Below, in pieces: positions 11,050 through 19,546 of a DNA stretch of 64,000 nucleotides (within the stretch, counting starts at the first letter, position 1; every line of letters starts with the position of its first letter). A model generated the notes under the pieces. The model saw only the letters and a list, made by a program, of their open reading frames with translations. It had not been told where the DNA came from and ran no database searches. Source of the DNA: an uncultured Acidimicrobiia bacterium. Lineage in GTDB: Bacteria > Actinomycetota > Acidimicrobiia > Acidimicrobiales > AC-14. The translations under genes were made by a program, and so were the position numbers. The stretch is from assembly GCA_963836205.1 (NCBI GenBank), contig CAWIIV010000011.1, positions 96,001-160,000 of the forward strand, written 5' to 3'.

Positions 11050-11077
11050 CAATACCTATCAAACTAGTCGGGAATTG
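11050..11077. promoter_or_regulatory. AT-rich imperfect palindrome, possible Rrf2-family (CymR/IscR-like) operator
   Basis: caatacctatcaaactagtcgggaattg stands out in GC-rich context between divergent genes. Confidence 0.4.
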
Positions 11078-11108
11078 CACAAGGCCGTGTCGGGGCTACC
11101 GTCCAGGC

Positions 11109-11573
11109 ATGGCCGCCGCAGGGGAAGCCCGGATCCGCATCTCGGCCGCGCCGGGAAAGGTATGGAACATGGTGGCCGACGTCACCCGCATGGGCGAATG
11201 GAGTCCGGAGACGGTCTCCTGCGAGTGGATCGACCCCGCCACCGGCCCGGCGGTGGGCGCCCGGTTCAAGGGCCACAACAAGCGGGGCCGCGGTCGGTGG
11301 ACACGGCCCTGCGAGGTGACGGCCTGCGTGCGGGGCAAGGAGTTCGCGTTCGTGGTCCGGCCCGACGATCCCGAGACCCTGTGGCGCTACGAGTTCAGCC
11401 CCGCCGCCGGGGGGACGGAGGTGGTCGAGACGTTCGAGCTGATCAAGCCCATCTCCCGGTTCCGCCGGCTGCAGACGATCGTCGGCTTCGGCGTGAAGGA
11501 CCGGGTGCCCGACCTGGTCGACGGGATGCGCCAGACCCTCGAACGGTTGCGGGCCGCGGCCGAGGCCGGCTGA
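11109..11573 (+). CDS. SRPBCC / polyketide cyclase-like protein
   Basis: VWNMVADVTRMGEWSPE, VGARFKGHN, WRYEF, GMRQTLERLRAAAE. Confidence 0.88.
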   Translation: MAAAGEARIRISAAPGKVWNMVADVTRMGEWSPETVSCEWIDPATGPAVGARFKGHNKRGRGRWTRPCEVTACVRGKEFAFVVRPDDPETLWRYEFSPAAGGTEVVETFELIKPISRFRRLQTIVGFGVKDRVPDLVDGMRQTLERLRAAAEAG

Positions 11574-12028
11574 TGGCCGACCACGACGACGCCCGCCCGG
11601 AAGCGCAGCCCGAGATCCTCGTCGACAACGGTGCCCGCAAGCTCACCCTCGACGAGCTGGGCAAGAGCCAGCCGGGGATGGGCCGGCTCATGCCCGAGGT
11701 GGGGGCCCGGACGTGGAAGGCCTGGTACGCGGCCCAGGCCGGGAACTGGCGCCTGGCCCGCTGGCAGCTCAGCGAGGCGGCCAAGCTCATGGACCTGGGC
11801 GCGTTCGTCCGGCCCAAGTACCAGGTGAGCATGACGAAGTTCCTCACCGACGACTTCGACCCCGTCCGCCAGGCGGTCGAGGACCGCGACTGGGAGGCGT
11901 TCGAGGGCCACTTCACCCGCATGGTGGTGCGGGCGAACTACTACCACGACGTCTTCGACAAGGGCTTCATCCAATGGAAGCTGCCCGACATGCCCCCGCC
12001 CGACCTCGACCTGACGCCCCGCGACTGA
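11573..12028 (+). CDS. Hypothetical helical protein (possible cysteine-less cytochrome c'-like bundle)
   Basis: ATG overlaps upstream stop (TGATG); protein-like composition; PGMGRLM..AAQAGNWRLARWQLSE..ANYYH..FIQW. Confidence 0.75.
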   Translation: MADHDDARPEAQPEILVDNGARKLTLDELGKSQPGMGRLMPEVGARTWKAWYAAQAGNWRLARWQLSEAAKLMDLGAFVRPKYQVSMTKFLTDDFDPVRQAVEDRDWEAFEGHFTRMVVRANYYHDVFDKGFIQWKLPDMPPPDLDLTPRD

Positions 12029-12069
12029 CTCTTCTCGGCGAGGGCGCAGGAATCGGGCATCCTGGGGCG

Positions 12070-14352
12070 ATGGGTGCGTCGACCTCGTCCGACCACCCCG
12101 ACCCCGTCATGCCGGACCCGGTGGCGGTCGTGTTGCGGGCGGCGGAGGTGGCGGCCACCGCCGCCACCCTCGAGGAGGCGGCCGAAGTGGTGCTCGCCGA
12201 CCTCTGCCGGCTGGCCGGGTGGCCGGTCGGGCACCTGTTCGTGGCCAACGGACCGGCGTCGCTCGCACCCACCGCCACCTGGCACCTGGCCGACCCCGAG
12301 CGCTACCGGGTGCTGCGCCAGGTGGCCCAGGCCATCGCCGTCGCCGCCGGACCGGCCGGCGGCCTGCCGGGACGGGTGCTGGCCAGCGGGCAACCGGAGG
12401 CGGCCGACGACGTCGGCGAGGCGGCGGTCCAGGCCGGCCTCACCACCGCGGTGGCCGTGCCCGTGGTGTGCGGTGGCGACGTGGTCGCCCTCCTCCACCT
12501 GCTCGGCCCGGCCGGGCCCGCCGACGGCGCGGCCGCACTCCTCCAGACCGCGGCCGTGGCCGCCGAGCAGTTGGGCCGGGTGGTCGACCGCCGCCGGGCC
12601 GCCACCGCCCAGGACGACCGTCGCCGCCTCATCGAGACGGCCCACGACGCCTTCGTCCGGCTCGACGCGGCCGGCGCCATCCTCGACTGGAACGTCCAGG
12701 CCGAGGCCATGTTCGGCTGGATGCGGGCGGAGGTGCTCGGCCGGCGCATGAGCGAGATCGTGATCCCCGTCCGCTACCGGGCCGCCCACGACGACGGCTT
12801 CCGGCGGGCCCTGGCCGGCACCGAGGGCCCGTCGATCTCGAAGCGGGAGCTGGCCGCCGTCCACCGCTCGGGGGCCGAGTTCCCGGTGGAGGTCACCGTC
12901 TGGGGGTCATACGACGACCAGCGGCAGGTGGTCGACGGGTTCGTGCGCGACATCAGCGAGCGGCGCCGGTTCGAGGTCCAGCTCGCCCGCCAGGCCCTCC
13001 ACGACCGCCTCACCGGCCTGCCCAACCGGGTCCTGCTCCGGGACCGGCTGGAGAACGCGCTGGCCCGCACCCTGCGCAACCGGTCCACCGTCGCCCTCCT
13101 CATCCTCGACATCGACCGCTTCAAGGTGATCAACGACAGCCTCGGCCACGATGGCGGCGACCGGTTGCTGGTGGCGGTGGCCGAGCGCCTGAGCCGCCTC
13201 CTCCGCCCGGGCGACACCCTGGCCCGGATGGGCGGCGACGAGTACGCCATGCTCTGCGAGGACGTCGCCGGGCGGGACGAGGCCGCCGCCCTCGCCGGCC
13301 GGGTGCTCGACTCCTTCGAGCCCCACTTCCCCGTGGTCACCACCGGCTCCGACGCCACCGACGTCGCCGTCAGCGTCAGCGTCGGGGTCGCCATGGCCGC
13401 GGGCGACGAGTCGGATCCCGACCTCCTCCTGCGCGACGCCGACGTGGCCATGTACCGGGCCAAGCAGCGGGGCCGGGGCCGCTTCGAGGTGTTCGACGAG
13501 GCCATGCGCCACGAGGCCGTCGACCGCCTCTCGGTGGAGAACGACCTCCGCCGGGCCATCCGCCAGGGCCAGCTGCGGCTCTTCTACCAGCCCATCGTCC
13601 ACATCGACACCGGCCAGATCGCCGGCTTCGAGGCCCTCGTCCGCTGGCAGCACCCGGTGCGGGGGCTGCTGTCGCCGGCCGACTTCATCCCCCCGGCGGA
13701 GGACACCGGCCTCATCGTCCCCCTCGGACGGTGCGTCCTCAGCGAGGCCTGTCTCCAGGCCGCGGCCTGGCAGCGGCGGCGGGGCGTCGACCGGCCCCTG
13801 CGCATGAGCGTGAACGTCTCCGCCAAGCAGCTCCAGTACCCCGGTTGGGCGGCGGAGGTGGCGGCTACCCTGGCCGAGTCCGGCCTGGAGCCGGGCCACC
13901 TGGTCCTGGAGATCACCGAGAGCGTGCTGATGGAGGACGCGGAGGCGTCGGCGGGCCCCCTGGAGGAGCTGCGCCGGCTGGGCGTGCGGGTCGCCATCGA
14001 CGACTTCGGGACGGGCTACTCCTCCCTCGGCTACCTGCGGCGGTTGCCGGTCGACATCCTCAAGATCGACAAGTCGTTCATCGACGGGGTGGCCAAGGGT
14101 CCCCACGAGTCGGCCCTGGCCCGGGCCGTCGTCAAGCTGGCCCGCACCCTCGGGCTCGACGCGGTGGCCGAGGGGGTCACCGACCGCCGCCAGCTGGCCG
14201 AGCTGCGCCGGCTGCGCTGCCCGTACGGCCAGGGCTACCTCTTCTCCCGGCCCCAGCCGCCGGAGGTGGTGGCCCAGCTGCTGGAGGTCGCCACCCTTCC
14301 GCTGGCCTCGGCCCCCGGCGAGTCGGCGGTCGACGAGCCGGTCGCCGGCTGA
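12070..14352 (+). CDS. GAF-PAS-GGDEF-EAL diguanylate cyclase/phosphodiesterase
   Basis: HDRLTGLPNR, RPGD I-site five residues before GGDEY, FEALVRW, DDFGTGYSSL, LKIDKSF. Confidence 0.93.
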   Translation: MGASTSSDHPDPVMPDPVAVVLRAAEVAATAATLEEAAEVVLADLCRLAGWPVGHLFVANGPASLAPTATWHLADPERYRVLRQVAQAIAVAAGPAGGLPGRVLASGQPEAADDVGEAAVQAGLTTAVAVPVVCGGDVVALLHLLGPAGPADGAAALLQTAAVAAEQLGRVVDRRRAATAQDDRRRLIETAHDAFVRLDAAGAILDWNVQAEAMFGWMRAEVLGRRMSEIVIPVRYRAAHDDGFRRALAGTEGPSISKRELAAVHRSGAEFPVEVTVWGSYDDQRQVVDGFVRDISERRRFEVQLARQALHDRLTGLPNRVLLRDRLENALARTLRNRSTVALLILDIDRFKVINDSLGHDGGDRLLVAVAERLSRLLRPGDTLARMGGDEYAMLCEDVAGRDEAAALAGRVLDSFEPHFPVVTTGSDATDVAVSVSVGVAMAAGDESDPDLLLRDADVAMYRAKQRGRGRFEVFDEAMRHEAVDRLSVENDLRRAIRQGQLRLFYQPIVHIDTGQIAGFEALVRWQHPVRGLLSPADFIPPAEDTGLIVPLGRCVLSEACLQAAAWQRRRGVDRPLRMSVNVSAKQLQYPGWAAEVAATLAESGLEPGHLVLEITESVLMEDAEASAGPLEELRRLGVRVAIDDFGTGYSSLGYLRRLPVDILKIDKSFIDGVAKGPHESALARAVVKLARTLGLDAVAEGVTDRRQLAELRRLRCPYGQGYLFSRPQPPEVVAQLLEVATLPLASAPGESAVDEPVAG

Positions 14353-14378
14353 ACCCGCTTCGCTAGCCTGCGCAACCA

Positions 14379-15173
14379 ATGGCAACCAGGCTGGAGATCG
14401 TGGGTGGGGGCCGGATGGGCGAGGCCCTGGTCGCGGGGCTGCTCGGCGCGGGATGGGCCGAGGTGGAAGAGATCGTGGTGGTGGAGCCGGTGGCCGCCCG
14501 CCGCGACCAGTTGGCCGTTCGCTTTTCCGGACTGGGCCTGTCGGGCATCGCCGTCGAGGCCGACGGGGCGGTGCTGGCGGTCAAGCCGGGCGACGTGGAG
14601 GCGGCCTGCCGTTCGATCGCGGGTGCGGGCGTGGCCCGGGTGCTGTCGATCGCGGCGGGTGTCCCCACCGCCCGCATCCAGGAGTGGCTCGGCTCCGACG
14701 TGCCCGTGGTGCGGGCCATGCCCAACACGCCGGCCCTGGTGGGGGCGGGCGCGGCCGCCATCTCGCCGGGGGCGACCGCGGGCGAGGCCGACCTCGACTG
14801 GGCCGAGGGCATCCTGGGCGCGGTGGGCGTGGTGCAGCGGGTGCCCGAGTCGGCCCTCGACGCCGTCACCGGCCTGTCCGGCTCGGGGCCGGCCTACGTG
14901 TTCCTGGTGGCGGAGGCCCTCATCGAGGCGGGGGTGCTCAACGGGCTGCCCCGACCCACCGCCACCGCGCTGGCGATCCAGACCCTCGTCGGGTCGGCCC
15001 GGCTGCTGGCCGAGTCGGGCGACACCCCCGAGGGCCTGCGGGCGGCGGTCACGTCACCCGGGGGCACCACCGCCGCCGGCCTGCGGGTTCTCGAGGGCAA
15101 CGGCGTGCGCAGCGCCTTCCTGGAGGCGGTGACAGCCGCCACCGAGCGGTCGCGGGAGCTGGGCCGGGGCTGA
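14379..15173 (+). CDS. proC: Pyrroline-5-carboxylate reductase
   Basis: GGGRMG, AVKP, VRAMPNTP, SGSGPAY, VTSPGGTT. Confidence 0.96.
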   Translation: MATRLEIVGGGRMGEALVAGLLGAGWAEVEEIVVVEPVAARRDQLAVRFSGLGLSGIAVEADGAVLAVKPGDVEAACRSIAGAGVARVLSIAAGVPTARIQEWLGSDVPVVRAMPNTPALVGAGAAAISPGATAGEADLDWAEGILGAVGVVQRVPESALDAVTGLSGSGPAYVFLVAEALIEAGVLNGLPRPTATALAIQTLVGSARLLAESGDTPEGLRAAVTSPGGTTAAGLRVLEGNGVRSAFLEAVTAATERSRELGRG

Positions 15174-15235
15174 CCGGAGCCGCCCCACTTTCCTCACCAG
15201 CCCCACGCGAATACATTGCCCCCAGGCGAAGAGGG

Positions 15236-15451
15236 GTGATCCCACTGGCACAACCAACAGATCGGGCAAGCGCCCGGGGTCGTTTTCTGACCGTGGCCGA
15301 GGTCGCGGGCATCCTGCGGGTGTCCACCATGACCGTCTACCGGCTGATCAAGGCGGGAAACCTGCCCGCGGTGCGGGTCGGCAAGTCGTACCGGGTGCGG
15401 GAGGACGACGTCGACTCCTACCTGGCCCGCTCGTACACCGAGGCCGGATAA
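15236..15451 (+). CDS. Small excisionase-family HTH (BldC/Rv0500A-like) DNA-binding protein; start uncertain
   Basis: FLTVAEVAGILRVSTMTVYRLIKAGNLPAVRVGKSYRV; position after proC is typical of actinobacteria. Confidence 0.88.
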   Translation: MIPLAQPTDRASARGRFLTVAEVAGILRVSTMTVYRLIKAGNLPAVRVGKSYRVREDDVDSYLARSYTEAG

Positions 15452-15482
15452 CAGCCACCGCTCCTGCTCTTAGGGTGGTCGG

Positions 15483-16301
15483 GTGGCCCCGCCTCTCGAC
15501 ACCGTGTGGTTCCTGTCCGACTACGGCCTCGACGACGAGTTCGTCGGGGTCGTCAAAGGGGTGGTCAAGAGCATCGCCCCCCAGGTGACGGTCGTCGACC
15601 TGTCCCACCAGATCCCGGCCTACGACATCCGGGCCGGGTCGCTCGCCCTCGCCCGCAGTATGCAGTACCTGGCCCCCGGTGTTGTCCTGGCCGTGGTCGA
15701 CCCGGGGGTGGGCTCGGCCCGGCGGGCGGTGGCGGTGGAGGTAGGTAGCGACGACGTCACCGCCTTCCTCGTCGGTCCCGACAACGGGCTGCTGGCGCCG
15801 GCCGTGGCCATGGTCGGTGGGGCCCGCCGGGCGGTGTCGCTCACCAACGTCGACTACCACCTTCCCGCGCCCGGACCCACGTTCGCCGGCCGCGACGTCA
15901 TGGCTCCTGCCGCCGCCCACCTGTGCGCCGGGCTCGAGCTCGACCTGCTGGGGGAGCCGGTGGACCCGCTGTCGCTGCTGCCGGGCCTCATCCCCCTCAG
16001 CCGCCAGGAGGACGGGAAGACGGTGGGCGAGGTCCTCTGGATCGACCGCTTCGGCAACGCCCAGCTCAACGTCGACCCCGACGAGATCGCGGCCATCGAG
16101 GGCCCCGTCCTCGTCCGCGCCGGCGACCAGGCGAGGGTCGCGGCCCGGGTGGCGAGCTTCTCCGAGCTCAAGCCGGGCCAGGTGGGCGTGATGATCGACT
16201 CCTACGGCCTGCTGGCGGTGGTCCTCGACCAGCGCTCGGCGGCCGACGAGCTCCGCCTCCACACCGGCAGCGCCGTCACCCTGGAGCCCGTACCCGACTG
16301 A
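15483..16301 (+). CDS. DUF62 SAM hydroxide adenosyltransferase / chlorinase-fluorinase family protein
   Basis: LSDYGLDD, VVDPGVGSARR, VGPDNGLL, TFAGRD, IDRFGN. Confidence 0.9.
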   Translation: MAPPLDTVWFLSDYGLDDEFVGVVKGVVKSIAPQVTVVDLSHQIPAYDIRAGSLALARSMQYLAPGVVLAVVDPGVGSARRAVAVEVGSDDVTAFLVGPDNGLLAPAVAMVGGARRAVSLTNVDYHLPAPGPTFAGRDVMAPAAAHLCAGLELDLLGEPVDPLSLLPGLIPLSRQEDGKTVGEVLWIDRFGNAQLNVDPDEIAAIEGPVLVRAGDQARVAARVASFSELKPGQVGVMIDSYGLLAVVLDQRSAADELRLHTGSAVTLEPVPD

Positions 16302-16359
16302 CAGACCGGGGGGGCGCCGCGGCCGGCGCCGGACGACCCGGCGGTACCCTGGCTCATCC

Positions 16360-17448
16360 GTGTGGACACGGCGGTCGCGCGGCCCCCGAATGGGCTCGCT
16401 GGCGGTCGGCCTGTTCGTGCTCGTGGCCTGTGGCGGCCGGGACACGGCGACGACGGCCCCCGTCCGCACCACCCCGGCGCCGACCTCGACGGTCGCCCCC
16501 CGCTCCACCACCTCCCGTCCGGTCCCGACGACCCGAGCGCCCCGACCGACCACCAGCACCACCTCGACCACCGTCCGCCGCGCCCCGAGGACGACCACGA
16601 CGGCCGCGGCCGGCACAGCACGCGTCATCCCCCTCGGCCCGTACACCGACTGGCTGTGGCCGGAACCGGCTCCCGCATCGAGCTACACCGCCCAGACGCT
16701 CAACCTGACGGTGCTGTCGGACCCCGGGCCGGACACCCCGTACTTCTTCGCCTACCAGTTCGGCTTCGCCAACGGCGTCGGTGGTTACGTGGGTCTCCAG
16801 ACCCGAGCCCACGTCGCTCCCGGCCCCGACGCGCCCATGGGAAAGATCGCCCTCTTCTCCATGTTCGGCGGCTGCGACGACCGCACCGCCACGTCCGGCT
16901 GCCAGGCGCCGCTGCCGCTCATCGGCGCCAGCGCTCAGCCGGCCCTGCTCAACGGCTCGTCCTGCTCGCCCCTCACCAGCCCGTCCGGCAGCGCTCCCGA
17001 AGGCCCGGGCGCCACCTGCCGCGTCCCGTTCGAGTGGCGGGAGGGTGTCACGTACGGCCTCCAGGTCGTCCGATCGCTTCCCGACCAGTGGGAGGCCAGG
17101 ATCGTCGACGCCGGCTCGGGGCGGGTCACCGTGATCGGCCGGATCGGCGTCCCCGAGGGTTGGGGCGGCCTGTCGACGTTCGCGGTGAGCTGGATCGAGT
17201 ACTACGGCGACACCGGCGCGCTCGCCAACTGCCGGGCCATTCCTGTGGCGCGGGTGCGGTGGGACGGGGCCGCGGGCTCGGTGTCGACCCCCGGCGGCCT
17301 GCTCGGACTCGGTTCCACGACGTCGGCCGTGCAGCCGTCGTCGTTGCACAACCACCTCGCGGTCGGCACCGGCCTGTGCCGGAACTCTTCGATCGACGAC
17401 GTCGGCCCGACCGGGTCGGCGGTGGTCCACGTGGTCGGCGGACCGTAG
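16360..17448 (+). CDS. Lipoprotein with Thr/Pro-rich stalk and DUF3472-like beta domain
   Basis: Lipobox LVAC; T/P/R-rich linker; GGYVGLQT, ALFSMF, EWREGVTY, SWIEYY. Confidence 0.65.
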   Translation: MWTRRSRGPRMGSLAVGLFVLVACGGRDTATTAPVRTTPAPTSTVAPRSTTSRPVPTTRAPRPTTSTTSTTVRRAPRTTTTAAAGTARVIPLGPYTDWLWPEPAPASSYTAQTLNLTVLSDPGPDTPYFFAYQFGFANGVGGYVGLQTRAHVAPGPDAPMGKIALFSMFGGCDDRTATSGCQAPLPLIGASAQPALLNGSSCSPLTSPSGSAPEGPGATCRVPFEWREGVTYGLQVVRSLPDQWEARIVDAGSGRVTVIGRIGVPEGWGGLSTFAVSWIEYYGDTGALANCRAIPVARVRWDGAAGSVSTPGGLLGLGSTTSAVQPSSLHNHLAVGTGLCRNSSIDDVGPTGSAVVHVVGGP

Positions 17449-17469
17449 CCGACGGTCTACGGTGTCGGC

Positions 17470-17559
17470 GTGCGCCTCGGGACCACGATCGTGCTGGCCG
17501 TCGTCCTCGTCGCGATCCTGCTGGCCGCCTTCATCCAGTTCGTCGTGATCGGGATCTAG
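17470..17559 (+). CDS. 29-aa single-pass membrane peptide (not in the ORF track)
   Basis: MRLGTTIVLAVVLVAILLAAFIQFVVIGI; every codon ends in G/C; TACGGT -10 element 6 nt before GTG. Confidence 0.75.
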   Translation: MRLGTTIVLAVVLVAILLAAFIQFVVIGI

Positions 17560-17565
17560 GACGCC

Positions 17566-17943
17566 TCAGAAGAGGCTGGCGCACAGGCGGCTGATCTCGC
17601 GTTCCAGCGACGCCAGGCCCTCCACCTTGCCGATGCACAGGGAGATGCCGGCGTCGGCCGCCTCCCGTTCGAGCTTCTCGTCGATGTAGGCGGTGTAGAG
17701 GATCATCACCTGGTCGGGGCGGGCGGCCCGGATGCCGCGGGCGGTGGCGAGGCCGTCCATCCCCGGCATCTTGTAGTCGACGACCACCACGTCGGGATCG
17801 GCCTGCTCGACGTTCTCGATGGCCTGCGGTCCGTCCGCGGCGTTTCCCACCACCTCGAAGCCGTCGAGGCTGAGCATCGACGTGAGCATGCGGCGGACGT
17901 GGTCGGTGTCGTCAACGACCATCACCCGAATGGGCCGGGTCAC
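17566..17943 (-). CDS. Single-domain response regulator (receiver only)
   Basis: VMVVDD, VVVVDYKMPGMDG, ILYTA, IGK; TAGGCT -10 element 8 nt upstream. Confidence 0.9.
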   Translation of the reverse strand: MTRPIRVMVVDDTDHVRRMLTSMLSLDGFEVVGNAADGPQAIENVEQADPDVVVVDYKMPGMDGLATARGIRAARPDQVMILYTAYIDEKLEREAADAGISLCIGKVEGLASLEREISRLCASLF

Positions 17944-18008
17944 GACCGGAGAGCCTACCCCCCTGACCCGAGCGCCTTGTCGAGGTCTCGACCTGTCCGA
18001 CCGGATGA

Positions 18009-18026
18009 TTGTGAAGGGAAGCACGA
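18009..18026. promoter_or_regulatory. Rex operator candidate upstream of rex
   Basis: TTGTGAA-GGGA-AGCACGA vs consensus TTGTGAA-N4-TTCACAA; covers the -35 zone of a TAGACT -10 at 18043. Confidence 0.7.
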
Positions 18027-18116
18027 GACCGATCGAGGTCGGTAGACTGGGATCAGTGAGATTGCCGTCCTGCGAATCAAGCGGGAGGGCGACCCACGGC
18101 AGAGGGGGGTTCGACG

Positions 18117-18899
18117 GTGGCTGAGGCAATGGGACCGGGTACACCGCCGGGCTCGAACGGCCAGCGGGGCGACGACGGCGACGGTGCCGACGCCGCGGTC
18201 GCGGCGGGCCTGCCGTCCCGTATGCTCCGCAACAGCCGCCGCATCCCGGAGGCAACCGTCGCCCGCCTCCCGGTCTACCTCCGGTGCCTGCTCGAGGTGG
18301 TCGACGCCAAGACGCCCACCATCTCCTCCGAGCGGCTGGCGGAGATGGCCGGGGTCAACGCGGCCAAGGTGCGCAAGGACCTCTCCTACCTCGGCTCCTA
18401 CGGCACCCGGGGCGTCGGCTACGACGTCGAGTACCTCTTCCTCCACATCAACCGCGTCCTCGGCCTCACCCAGGACTGGCCGGTGGTCATCGTCGGCGTC
18501 GGCAACCTGGGCCACGCCCTGGCCAACTACGGGGGGTTCTCGGCCCGCGGCTTCCGCATCGTCGCCCTGCTCGATGCCGACCGCCGGCGGGTGGGGGAGA
18601 TGATCGGCGACGTCGCCGTCCGCCACGTCGACGACCTGTCCGACGTGGCCGCCGACCACGACATCGCCATCGGCATCATCGCCACGCCCGCGGCCGCGGC
18701 CCAGGACGTGGCCGACCGGCTGGTGGCAGTGGGCGTCAACTCCATCCTCAACTTCGCCCCGGCCGTGATCACGGTGCCGCCCGACGTGTCGTTGCGCAAG
18801 GTCGACCTGTCGATCGAGCTCCAGATCCTCGCCTTCTACCAGCAGCGCCGGGCGGGCGGGGGCAGCGGCCCGCCGCCATCGGTGGCCACCTTCGGATGA
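18117..18899 (+). CDS. rex: Redox-sensing transcriptional repressor Rex (start could be 18129 or 18222)
   Basis: IPEATVARLPVYLR, VRKDLSYLGSYGTRGVGYDV, GVGNLG, ILNFAP. Confidence 0.96.
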   Translation: MAEAMGPGTPPGSNGQRGDDGDGADAAVAAGLPSRMLRNSRRIPEATVARLPVYLRCLLEVVDAKTPTISSERLAEMAGVNAAKVRKDLSYLGSYGTRGVGYDVEYLFLHINRVLGLTQDWPVVIVGVGNLGHALANYGGFSARGFRIVALLDADRRRVGEMIGDVAVRHVDDLSDVAADHDIAIGIIATPAAAAQDVADRLVAVGVNSILNFAPAVITVPPDVSLRKVDLSIELQILAFYQQRRAGGGSGPPPSVATFG

Positions 18900-19546
18900 C
18901 GCGAACCGGAACCGGTGCCGGCACGTACCAGTATCCGGTGAATCTGGTTCTGGAAGGTCGAAAAGTCCTGGTGGTGGGGGGTGGCGCCATCGCCCTGCGC
19001 AAGGTCGAAGGACTGCTGGCGTGCGGGGCCGTGGTCACCGTGGTCGCGCCCGAGGTCGACGAGCGCCTGCGGGCCCTTCCCGACGTCACCATCGAGGAGC
19101 GTCCCTACCGGGCGGGCGAGGTCGCCGGCTACCGGCTGGCCATCGCCGCCACCGACTCGTCCGCCGTCAACGCGGCCGTGTTCGAGGATGGGGAGAACGC
19201 AGGCGTGTGGGTGAACGGTGCCGACGACCCCGCCCACTGCTCGTTCACCCTCCCTGCCGTCGTGCGCCGGGGCCCGCTCATGGTCACCGTCTCCACCGGC
19301 GGCCGCAGCCCGGCGCTCGCCCGCTGGCTCCGGCAGCGGTTGGAGGACGAGATCGGCCCCGAGTTCGAGATCCTGCTCGACTTCCTGGCGTCCGAACGCG
19401 ACCGGCTGAAGGCCCAGGGGCGGTCCACCGAGGGGCCAGGTTGGCAGAACGCCCTCGACTCCGACATGCTCGCACTCATCAGAAACGGTGACCTCACCTC
19501 CGCGCGCGAACATCTTCAGGCATGTCTCTCGTCGTCGTCGGACTGA
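18896..19546 (+). CDS. Precorrin-2 dehydrogenase / sirohydrochlorin ferrochelatase (SirC/Met8, CysG N-terminal type)
   Basis: YPVNL, VLVVGGGAIALRK, AATD, NGADDP, VSTGGRSPALAR. Confidence 0.92.
   Translation: MTRTGTGAGTYQYPVNLVLEGRKVLVVGGGAIALRKVEGLLACGAVVTVVAPEVDERLRALPDVTIEERPYRAGEVAGYRLAIAATDSSAVNAAVFEDGENAGVWVNGADDPAHCSFTLPAVVRRGPLMVTVSTGGRSPALARWLRQRLEDEIGPEFEILLDFLASERDRLKAQGRSTEGPGWQNALDSDMLALIRNGDLTSAREHLQACLSSSSD

Noticed and set aside
11065-11082. Fifth Rex site (TGCACAA half-site)
   Set aside because: Only one half matches; better explained by the overlapping AT-rich palindrome
15236-15451. Prophage excisionase or integrated element
   Set aside because: No integrase or att context; this HTH is a normal neighbour of proC in actinobacteria
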